A DNA stretch of 64,000 nucleotides, taken from positions 67,000,788 through 67,064,787 of the forward strand of contig CM120640.1 in the NCBI GenBank assembly GCA_051362555.1, in the 5' to 3' direction. The DNA comes from Lingula anatina (Eukaryota; Animalia; Brachiopoda). A program made the translations under genes and the position numbers. The notes beneath the pieces are model-generated. The model ran no database searches and had not been told where the DNA came from. It saw only the letters and a list, made by a program, of their open reading frames with translations. Of the stretch, positions 37,476 to 47,959 are shown piece after piece. Numbering within the stretch: position 1 is the first letter of the stretch; each line of letters begins with the position of its first letter.

Positions 37476-40400
37476 CCATTTCCTTTTTAGTTGGATACCA
37501 TACATAATTAGGGACCAGTTAATTGCTCAAGTTTTCTGTCTCCAAAATGGAATTAAGTGCACTCCCTTTCCTGAGAGCTTACCATTTTGCACATCTATTG
37601 CATTTAGACTCCAGTACAACAGTGAATTAAAAAACATTATAGGAGTGATGTAGAACAAATATTGAAGTAAGTACCTGTTTAGTACCTTCAATATAAAATG
37701 CAATTTATTTCAGTTGTAACTGGTTGCACACATGGCATAGGAAAGGCATATGCATATGAATTGGCCAGTGGTGGACTTAATATCATACTTGTAAGCAGAG
37801 GTCTGAAAAAACTTCAGGAGGTTGCGAAAGATATTGGTAAGCATTTCAAGTTTCTTTTTAGAAACATACCTTTAGGTAGAAGGAATGAGACATGCTGCCG
37901 TAAAAATATCAAAGTAAAAGTTTTGATTTATCCAGTTATATTATACTAAGATAATGAAAAAAAAAGAAAATAATTCTAATACTACATCTTACACTGAAAG
38001 GGAAGTCACGATGTTCTGACTTTATCACAAGGTATTCTTCAGTTGAACATGACACCAGTGACAACTCAAAATAAGTTCACCTGAAGAAAGCCTTGTGATA
38101 AGGTTGAAATATCATGATCTCAGTTTCGATGTCAGATTTTTGTCATAAATAATGCTGGTAGTTGTACATATACATAGAGTGAGAGACGTGCCTATTTTAA
38201 GACTGCATATTGATTTGTATCTTGGTGTTTTCAGAGGAGAGCTTTGGAGTGCAGACCTGCATTGTCCCAGTGGATTTTAATGAAGCAGATGATGCATATC
38301 CTGGTATTCAGTCTAAGATTCAAGACAAAGAAGTAGGAATTTTAGGTATGTTTAAAAACCAGAGCAGATTTCATAAGGAAACAAATATACAAAATGACAT
38401 GATAAAATGTTATTTGGAATTACAAGGAAGCACGACTATTTGTTCAACAAAGAAGACTAAATCCAAGTGGATTACAAATTATCTTTGGTCAAAGTACAGT
38501 TGCAATCTCACCTATGGAAGTTTGAAATTGGCATTGATTACAGTATCACTGAGGACATGTACATGGATTCTGAATTAAAGCAGTTTCAACATTTTTATTG
38601 AAACTTTGATTTAGAAATGGTATTTCTTTTGGCTTTCAGTTAATAATGTAGGTGTTATGTATGATTATCCCCAGTTTTTCTTAGATGTCCAGCCAGAGGT
38701 ATGTGAATATATATATATTTTATTTTAGATTTACACACTAAAATTCAGCGATATTAGTGGGTATTAATTCTATAATAGAAAATGGTTAAAAGAGGTTCAT
38801 TCATTAACTGTGAAGTTAATTCCATCTGTTATGGGATTATCGGAATATATGATGAATATTTTGAATGGAAAGTACTATCAAATAAAAAAGATATGATCTA
38901 GTGAAGACACACCATGTAATGCTGCGTGATCTGCTATATACGTGCATTATTTACAAGTTTGTGTTGAGGGTTCCCTGGAGAGGGTGGTTGATAGATCAGC
39001 TAACTCATTTTGTTCTCCAATTTTCAGAGACTTTGGCAATTAGTGAATGTAAATGTAGCTGCTGCAACAATGGTAACTTACATTTGCTGTAAATTTTGTA
39101 GAAAAATAAAACAATATAAAACTTGATAAATAAATTGCTTGAACATGAGGTAAAGGAAAAAGCCATCTTATTCATGCACATCTTTGCATGGCCTTCTATC
39201 ATAATATACATTTTGAGTTACAGGGGGGCATGTTGTGTTTCATCTGAGCTAACTGACATAGAATGGGTCAAAATATTTGTAAGAATTTTTTGGATTAGAC
39301 CTAAAAGTTTAGGCATTTCTTTTATTTTGGTTAAATCTGTCCTACAGAATTATTCACTTATCTGACTTGGTACCTAATTTTTGATTTCCAGATGACTCAC
39401 TTGGTTCTTCCTCAGATGGTTGCCAGGTGAGTGTCACCTTATTTTGCACTTATTTGAAAAATAAAATGTATAATTATTTTGACTGGAACATTGGTACTAT
39501 TGAATATTCCTGGTGCATTGATGTTCCAACTTGACTTTCACAATATTACTTTTGGCTTACAAGAAATCCATAAGTTTCTATACAAAGTTCTTATTTTAGG
39601 GGAAGAGGTGTTGTTGTGAACATGTCCTCCAGTGCATGCTTTCTCCCCACTCCACAAATGACTGTTTATTCTGCCACAAAGGTAACTGTGTCTAGGTACT
39701 GAGAACATGAAGAACATTGATAGCATACATTTTCTTATTGGTTTTGTTAAGTATTGGAATTATTTAACTGGTGGGAAATAAACAAATGGTATTGAGAGTC
39801 ATTAGACATCATTCTGATTGTTTGTCTAGTTAATTATTGTAACCAAAAAGAAAAAACAAAACTAAATAACACCAGTGTTATAAAGTTCTTCTCTTTGAAT
39901 TTTAATCTGGTTACCTATAGTGTAATATGTACATATCTGAAATCATTTGATCTTATTTCAGGCATACCTTGACTGCTTCAGCAGAGCATTGCAGGTGGAA
40001 TACAAAGATAGGGGGATCATAGTCCAGTGTCTCATGCCTTGGTATGTTGCCACTCGGATGACGCAGTATAGTGAAACATTATCTGATCCAAGCACCCTTA
40101 TTCCTAGTGCACAAGTGTATGCCAGAAATGCTGTGGCTACCATAGGGTTTTCATCCAGAACAACAGGGTACTGGCCACATTCAATATTGGTGAGTTCAAT
40201 GTTGATCACCTTTCCTATGCTAATCTTCCTGTATGCATTTTGCAGCAAATACCTAGTCTAGATTGCAAAACTTGTTTGGGGGTTAGTCAGTCATGCTGAG
40301 AATTACTTGTCATAATCTTGGAAGGCAATACATATCTTGAGAAAGTGTAATGATACAACCACCAAAGTCTGAAAGGTGTTTTTCAAGGAGTTCATGAATA

Positions 40401-40817
40401 TTGACCTTGGGTCACTTAAAAAAAAAAAGAATAAAGAGGCCATGTGAAACTTTTTTAACACTGTAACTTGAGGAGTTGAGATAGGGCCACAAATTTTGGA
40501 ACACAGGCCTCTTATGGAACTCAAAAGTTAAGGTCAAAGAGGTCTGTTAAAAAAATTGCTAACATGCTCAACTTCAGTATCTGAAAGTAGATTCCATAAA
40601 GTGTATGCCATCTTTTATAGCGTCTCATTTTGTGTTTTTGTAGTCTTGGTTCTGCAGTTACATCCCAGAGTCCTTGTGGATGTGGTTCTCCATGCGCCTG
40701 AACAATGCACTGCGACAACAAGCTCATCGGCGTATCAAGATGAAAAAATTAAAACATAGTGAATCACTAAGCTCTTTTAGTGATGAAGATTTGGCCCAAC
40801 AGTCAAAGCAGGACTAA
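36894..40817 (+). CDS. HSDL1: Hydroxysteroid dehydrogenase-like protein 1 (SDR family), 9 coding exons
   Basis: N-terminus [11 protein letters not shown] resembles HSDL1. Also [52 protein letters not shown]. Exons: 36894-37101, 37714-37836, 38235-38345, 38640-38698, 39028-39072, 39392-39426, 39600-39681, 39962-40189, 40644-40817. Confidence 0.9.
37438..37473. repeat. Poly-A tract (36 nt) in HSDL1 intron 1
   Basis: Directly visible. Confidence 0.9.
38006..38117. mobile_element. Inverted pair of minimal hammerhead-ribozyme-like motifs (Penelope-like element remnant)
   Basis: Plus arm TTCAC-CTGAAGA-AAGCCTTGTGATAAGGTT-GAAA-TATC-ATGA (38076-38117). An inverted degenerate copy lies at 38006-38047. 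Confidence 0.5.
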
Positions 40818-41779
40818 TGGTATTGACAGTTTTCAACAACAGAAAAAAAATCAGAAAAATACTTTGCAAAACAGAGTTTATAATGAGGAAATGTTAAGTG
40901 TCATACACCAGTCCATATTTCCAGAGGTGCTGTTATTTATAACATTCATACATATTGCTTTATATTACTCCAATTTTGCTGTTTAAGAGTTGTGACCTGA
41001 AAACTTGTGACAGTTTTGATGTTTATTGATGACATCGATATTCAATGTTTATTGGGAGATCTTGGGAGTCCTGTATTGCATGTTGTATGGAGTTATTTCA
41101 TAGAACAATAAGAAACAATACAAAGAATCTTAAAATTAAAACCCCAGTAATGTCTAGTATTAAATACTAACAGATCAATTTAATTTATATTGTTAAATGA
41201 AAGATGGAAGAAATATTAAATATGAAATGTGTAATACTCATCGAGTGTCTTGCTGCTATTTAAAAGCAATTTTAATTCATAATATAAGGGGACAACAAGA
41301 TAAGATTTTAGAAAGTAATAGTTGTCGGTATACTTTTTCAAACAAAATGGCAATAGCATGAACCATAAGAGACAATCTGTGTGAAGCGAAATTGCTTTAT
41401 AAACTATTTGATAATCTGTCATTTCAACATTTGATATTTGCTGTCTTCTTCGATGTACTTAATGGTTGTTCAAAGAAAGACAACTGCTGTTTGATGGCAT
41501 TATTTCTTCATTTTTAGTTGCGCTACAATAAGATTAAAGGTGACAATTGTACTTCATCTTTTAAGATGTAAATGTTCATAGAAATACTTGTGAAATATTT
41601 ATATTTAAAGAATTATTTGTGTAAATAAAGAATGAAAGAAAATTCTGATGGAAGTTCACCTTAGTACATGTAGTATTGTCATGTGAAACTTTTCAATTTT
41701 TGCACAATCTTGAAAGTGTGCAATATTGAAAACTTTCTTCCCACCATCTGGGACTTTCTCAGTCGCACTGTCAGGAGAC

Positions 41780-41932
41780 TAACTAGTTCACGGGTCAAAT
41801 GTGGTGACCCACTAAAAAGCTTGCCGTCTAATCTGCTAATAGACTCTGAATAGATTCCCCCTGGGGAACTATTTAAGTGGGTTGGCCATATTTGACCTGC
41901 AGACTATTTAGTGCTCTGTTCTGAATGCAGCC
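41780..41932. mobile_element. Internally deleted relative of the 32393 MITE
   Basis: Shares CCCACTAAAAAGC, GCCATATTT and the terminus TGTTCTGAATGCA. Confidence 0.55.
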
Positions 41933-43033
41933 TATATGTGACCAGCAAAGTGAGAACTACTCACTATAACTGTTCCAGATCTGAGACAGGTTTTGCACCT
42001 TCTTCATTCTGAGAATGCCTGTGGTCCCCAGTGTAGATGGATTCTTTCACCCCTCCAAGATTTGAGCATTGACCGAACTCGTAATGATTGAGAGCCTCAG
42101 TCTATGTTGTGCCGTGAGACCTCAGATGCATTTCTATACTTTACAGCTACTCCTCTTTAAAACTTACAAGCTTTCACCATGGTATGCTTTCAAAGTTGGT
42201 GAAGAAATTGAAAAGCTAAAATTATTCAACATTTGGAAGAAAATGTTTGCTTGTTGTAAACTAGTATTTCAGGACGTTCACTTCTATTCTATCAACTATT
42301 CAATTGAATTTGAAGAAAAAGAATTTTATTAAGTTTAATAAACTTACATGATTAAATAATTTTCAGAAAAATCATTTACTTAATTTTCTGATTATCAGTA
42401 ATACAATTGTAAAAAAAGTTTATATTAATGTTTTGAGCTTCTCTTTCTAAAAGATGATACAAGATCTGTTGACCTTTTTCTGTCTGTCAGTGAAATTCAT
42501 CATCAAAATTTTGATAAATGAACTACGTTTCTTTGCTAGTAACTTAAGATGGTAACAAAAAATCTGTTACGTGTCTCTACCAAAGTTTTTCCTTTGTTGA
42601 TTCATCAAAAACAAATGTGTTCTATAATATCACAGCAACCACTATTACAAAATAATAAATGAAAAAACAAAAACAATGACAGTCTTTGGATATTAGCATA
42701 CTTCAATTATTTTACAAGGTTGTTCTAAGAAGCCTGTGACTGTTAAGTAGAAAAAATGTCACAGTACTTTATTTTAGCAACAACAGTTACTGACTAATAT
42801 AGGACACATTATGTATAACTAATCCCTGACAGGTAATAATTCAAATGTCATTTCATCATAAACAAATCATTGGAAAAGATTTGGAATCCATAAAAAAATC
42901 TTGCTTTCCAGTAGGCCAAATTAAAACTACATGCATTACCCCTAAATCAGCGAAGTAAGATCATAATATTGGAATTTTATTTAGTATTGTCCTGCATTTC
43001 ATATTGACAATTGTAAACAAATGACAACATTCA

Positions 43034-46000
43034 TCACTGCTTCTTCTGTGCCTTTCTTTTCAGAGCTTTTGCTCTCACACTCTTATGGATCTTGTTGCTA
43101 ACCATTGTTACAAGCCATTCTGGTAAATGTGTAATAACCCATCCCTAAAGAGTAAAAAATATATTCTTTATCAAAAATAACTATCAAATTATTTATAAAC
43201 CCTAAAACTAGAGTATAACTTTAATCTCAGACTTATATGTAGCCCTTTCAAATTCTACCATTTCAATTTTTTGTGCTAACATGTAGACATAATCTAACCA
43301 TCAATTATTCTGATAATTGAAAATGCAACTGTACCTGCAGGGCATGGGAAATACATCCAAATGTCCTATCTTCCAAACCCAAAGTACAGAGGGCACTCTT
43401 GGCATAGTCATTTGGAGTAGGTACTGAAAAGGAGGGCCTCAATCTGCTCATTTTTGTTGACACAAAGAAGGGCATCACTGACTGGAAGAACAATAATAAA
43501 GACAATCAGTATTGAAGAGGCAATTCAGAACAGAAGATCCGAGGATCTACTGATCCATGGATCAAATATGGAGGACCCTACATGAAAAAAGAGCCAACTA
43601 ATCTACTGATGGTCTCCCCGCCTACACATTCGCAGTCCTTGCAGGGGTCTCGCAATTTAACCTTGGGAGTCGTGATTTAATCCATTTAATGGCGTGTGTG
43701 GAGGTGGGGAACCATCAGTATATCAATACTATAACCATAAATGTTCATTTGAAACACTGCTCCCAAATCTTGCAATCACTGTATTACCTGTATTATAATT
43801 CCCTTAGAACCATACTCTCCTTGCAGAGACCTTGAAAAGAAGTCGACAAATGCCTAAAATGGAAAATTAAATTTAAATATGAATTCAGTAATAAAAAACA
43901 CAGTGATTTCGAAAATTTAACAATGATATTTTTTTGACAATACTGTTAGTCAGAAATAAACTATTAATTAAAAATTAAGAACACAGTGGTCTGTCTTACT
44001 TTAGTAGCAGAGTAGAGTCCAAGGAAAGGCACAGGTGAAATGCCAGAGGCGGATGCAACATTTATAATCACTCCCTTCCTGCGCTCAATCATCTCTGGTA
44101 ATATTATCCTTGACATCTTGAATTTAAAAAAGAAATCTTCAAATTCCATATTTCATTATAACAGTAAAAAGCACAATTATAAGATTCAATTTCAAATCCA
44201 CTGGAATAAATTATCCCATCTTACACAACAAAAATAATGAAAATGTACATATCCAATGTCGCTGCTATTAATGTGACTGAACACAAAAAATCGAAAATTT
44301 ATTATTATTTTTTCTTATAATCCACAGACAACTTACCATAACAACAGATGTGATATTAATGCTAATCATCTTTTGGCACATCTAAAGAAAACAAATGAAA
44401 CTATTTAAAATGCTTTTATAATACTTAGCGTTTTTCAGTCAAAACTGATAAATGGCGAGACAGTAAATGTAGAGTTATTGTTAACAATCAAATTACTGGA
44501 CTTACAGTGCCAGCATAGTTAAATAACAGCACTGTGTCCTCCTTACAAGATCTCATGTTTTCTTCCGACTAATACAAGGCTTTTGTTATATAACCAAGTT
44601 ATGTTTTCAAAATGTAAAATCTCCATATCTACTTCAACTGGGAATGTTTGATCATTTTAAACTTTATATGATGCGATATTCAATAAGCATTTGTATTTAT
44701 ATAGTTTGGAAACGTTGTTAAAAGGATTGATAGCACCAGTCATTAGCATATATTAAAATTTTTGAAAACTGAAAGAACAAATGTTAATATAAATGTTTTT
44801 CTAACAAGCTGTCAGGTCTCTCTAACATACCTCATCTAAATTCTCCAACTCTGTAAAATACTCTGGAAATTGGTAACTGATGCCCACATTGTTTACTGAA
44901 AGTTTATCACAAGATGGTACATCAATAAACACAGCACACACATTGCTGATATATTTGCTATGATATTTCATTTAAAGACATTTTAATGCCAATTACAAAA
45001 TATTTTTTCAAATTCTTGTGACCATTTTTTCAAAAGGCACATTAACAAATCCATAAAATAAAGTTCATTCCTATTTTTTAAAAGTGATAGTTTATGGTTA
45101 TATATATGCTAAAATTAAGTTTTTGATCTTAACATTGATCTTAGCATCTTAACATTGTACACTCTTCTCATAAAAAGTATTAAACTATTTTCTACCTAAG
45201 ACACCGATTTCAAGGCCTGCTAACTCCTGCTTGATCTTAGTGTATATCTCTGGACCCCCACCAAAGTCAATAGGAATGGAGCGAGTTTTTACTGCCAGTT
45301 TTGACTCTAAACATAAATTGATACAAAGCTGAGTAAAAAAATTGTTTGTTGTAGTAATTAAATAGTATGGAATTATCATACATTAATTTAAACATAAAAT
45401 CCAACAGTTTTATTCAGTAATTCTTTCTTCATAAATTGAAACTTAATTGGACTTACCAATCTCCAAGGCAACATCTGTCAACTTTTGAGGAGAACGGCTG
45501 ATAAGAACTATATTGAGGCCTTGTTTAGCCAGCTGACAGAGATTGCATGATGCAAAAAAATAAACAAAAATAAAATAAATTTTAAAAACAAAATGTTTTA
45601 TGTAAAATATGATATACAGTCTATGAAAAGTTAGGCTTCGTTCACATGCAATGTCTATTTTCTAAATTCTATTTTCTATTTGCGGTATGTCTTATGATCA
45701 CGGTCTGTGGCCTGAATATCCCGCGGCGTAATTACTGGCAGCGCGAGCCAGTAACTATAAGTTACTATAAGTAACTGGCTCGCGCTGCCAGTAATTACGC
45801 GGCGGGATATTCAGGGCACAGACCGTGATCATAAGATAGCGCAAACAGAAAATAGAAATTAGAAAATAGACATTGCATGTGAACGAAGCCTTACTTTCCC
45901 AAATAATATCACACTTATAATATTTATCACATTTAAAAAGTAAGTAATAAAACAATGAAAAACACTTTGTTACATACCTGTAGTGCATAAGCCTTGCCAA

Positions 46001-46799
46001 TACCATCAGTGGCTCCAGTAACAACTGGAAATTATAAAAAGGACAGTTTCAAAGTTTACAGTATGAAATGGTCATTATTCAAGACTTGCAGAGCCTCCGG
46101 TTGTTTTGTAATGTAGTGCTTTTTTGGGAGAGTGCAGAAAAATCACCTGCCAGACCAGGGATCAAACCTGGGACCTCTCACTTACAGGGCGAGTGCTCTA
46201 CCGCCTGAGCTATCCGGCTGGTTCTACCCTGCGTCTGGCACTACTGATACACTAACATTTAATAAAGAAATGTGATGTCAACTATATATAACCTGAAGCC
46301 CTATAATATGCAAGTGCTGATTCCTGTGGTGGTAAACATCTTGTAGGTGGGTGGGGATAGGGTCTGAGTTGGGGCAGTGTAAGCAAACCGAAAATCTGGC
46401 AATTTATTGATAATATCAACAATATAAATAACATATTAACAATATTAAAAAAAGCATGTGGTCCTTACAACATAGTAAAATAAGAAAAAAAAATATAGCG
46501 ATTGAATACTAAAATCAAGTAACTCTGACATTCCCCAACTGACAGGGCCATTTTTGGGCATGACAACGACTTCCATTGATTCACTCCCAGTAAGACCTTT
46601 GACTTGACTCACCTGCCCATTTACCGGTTGCCTTTACTTTTGTGGCAAGGCCCATTCTTCCGAGGGCATATACTTTAAAACCGTGAAGAATTGAAAGAGT
46701 GAGCTTCAAAGCAAAAAACGATGCAGAAACAGCACCAAAAATTGCAAATATATCTTTGTAGTCTCTAAAAGCTTCTAATATCATGTTGTCAACCGCCAT
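43034..46799 (-). CDS. HSD17B12: Very-long-chain 3-oxoacyl-CoA reductase / 17-beta-HSD12 (KAR), 10 coding exons
   Basis: WAVVTGATDGIGKAYA, GLNIVLISRS, EIGVLVNNVGISYQFPEYF, YSATKAFVDFFS, QSVMPFFVSTKMS and a basic C-terminus KRKAQKKQ*. Exons: 46799-46613, 46024-45978, 45532-45457, 45306-45196, 44895-44831, 44381-44337, 44116-44000, 43853-43788, 43481-43335, 43144-43034. Confidence 0.92.
43520..43718. mobile_element. Truncated, oppositely oriented relative of the 32393 MITE in an HSD17B12 intron
   Basis: Shares ATTCAGAACA and CTGATGGTCTCCCC, and GATTTAATCCATTTAATGGCGTGTGTGGAGGTGGGG is close to the reverse complement of 32491-32528. Confidence 0.7.
45634..45890. mobile_element. Fully palindromic PIF/Harbinger-like MITE, copy 2 (HSD17B12 intron 2)
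   Basis: Same sequence as 643-901. TTA TSD at 45631-45633 and 45891-45893. Confidence 0.9.
46147..46219 (-). pseudogene. tRNA-derived sequence (tRNA pseudogene or SINE head; TGT at the anticodon position)
   Basis: AGCCGGA-TA-GCTC-AGGCGGTA-GAGC-A-CTCGC-CCTGTAA-GTGAG-AGGTC-CCAGG-TTTGATC-CCTGG-TCTGGCA folds as a cloverleaf with A and B boxes. It has a 1:72 mismatch, C33 and TTTGA instead of TTCGA, and a T5 run follows. Confidence 0.7.
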
Positions 46800-47108
46800 T
46801 TCTAACGTGTTGCAGGGGTGCAGATAATATGTTCAAGCCGAATATATAGGTCAAGGACACTGGAATAGTATAAAGTAATTTTAAAGAATTAATATGATAA
46901 AAAGTCATTTGATGCTCATTTTTATCAAAAAAGACTATTATTTCTCAAAGATTTTACTTTCTTTTTGCACTAAACACTAAAAAATCATTAACCCACAGCT
47001 GGCACATCCGGGACGTTATGCGCGATTTTGGTGCGCATTTGTCGATTATTTCTATCGCAGGAAATATCCTTCCCGCTTTGGTTTGTGAGAAATTATCAAT
47101 TTGTAAGT
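46800..47108. promoter_or_regulatory. Probable bidirectional promoter HSD17B12 (-) / CNOT4 (+) and CNOT4 non-coding exon 1
   Basis: CpG-rich patch at about 47000-47080 and a plus-strand donor GTAAGT at 47103-47108. The CNOT4 ATG exon is preceded by an acceptor at 47939-47940. Confidence 0.55.
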
Positions 47109-47959
47109 ATAATGGGAACAAATACTCAATTTTTGGGCAATCATTTTGTCAAATGATAAACATTTATATTGTTTAGAATAACTGTTTGTTTTTCAAAAAC
47201 TTGTGTTATGGTTAATCGAAAGCAAAGTTAGACACCATAAATACTATCAACTAGGTCGTGATGAAAATTTTGACATATCCTCCAGTTTCAGCAATTTCGT
47301 CTTACAGCGTGTGATATGACAACAAATACATGATAGTTTGGTCATGCCATTCAATTAGTAACATTATATAACTAGTGCCAATCCACAGTCAAGAGCAATT
47401 TTACTTAATTTGGGCGAATATGTCTAAGTATGTCAGGGATGTATAGAAGCAGTGCTCAGTAGATGGAAAACCCCTCCTACATTGAAAAGAAGAAAAATAT
47501 GTGAACAACCATATGATTCATAATACCAGATTTTAAAGCTTACTTTGAAATATTTTACCTGGCTGTTTTGCAGATGAAATGTTGACTTGTTGAATGTTGT
47601 GATACATTTTTTTGTGTAAGGTTTATGTAAATGACTGTAGGTGTGTTTAGAATATTTATATATTGTCTGCGACACTATTATTTTTTGATTAGTATTAATA
47701 TTCAGTTTTGCTTTGGTTTAGTACAAATAGTGGAAGTCTAATGAAAGGATGCTTGCAAACCTTTTTGCACATCTTTTTTTGTCACATCTGTATGAAACTT
47801 GAATCTTGATTGGGTTGTCTTGATTGCTGTCAAGAATATTGCACCTTATCTTATGGAGGAATTTACCAATGTTTTTAATTGTTCTAAAATGTTACCATGA
47901 GTTTTTAATATAGTATTGTTCAATGTTGTATTATTTTCAGCTATAAGAAGCTGTACATC

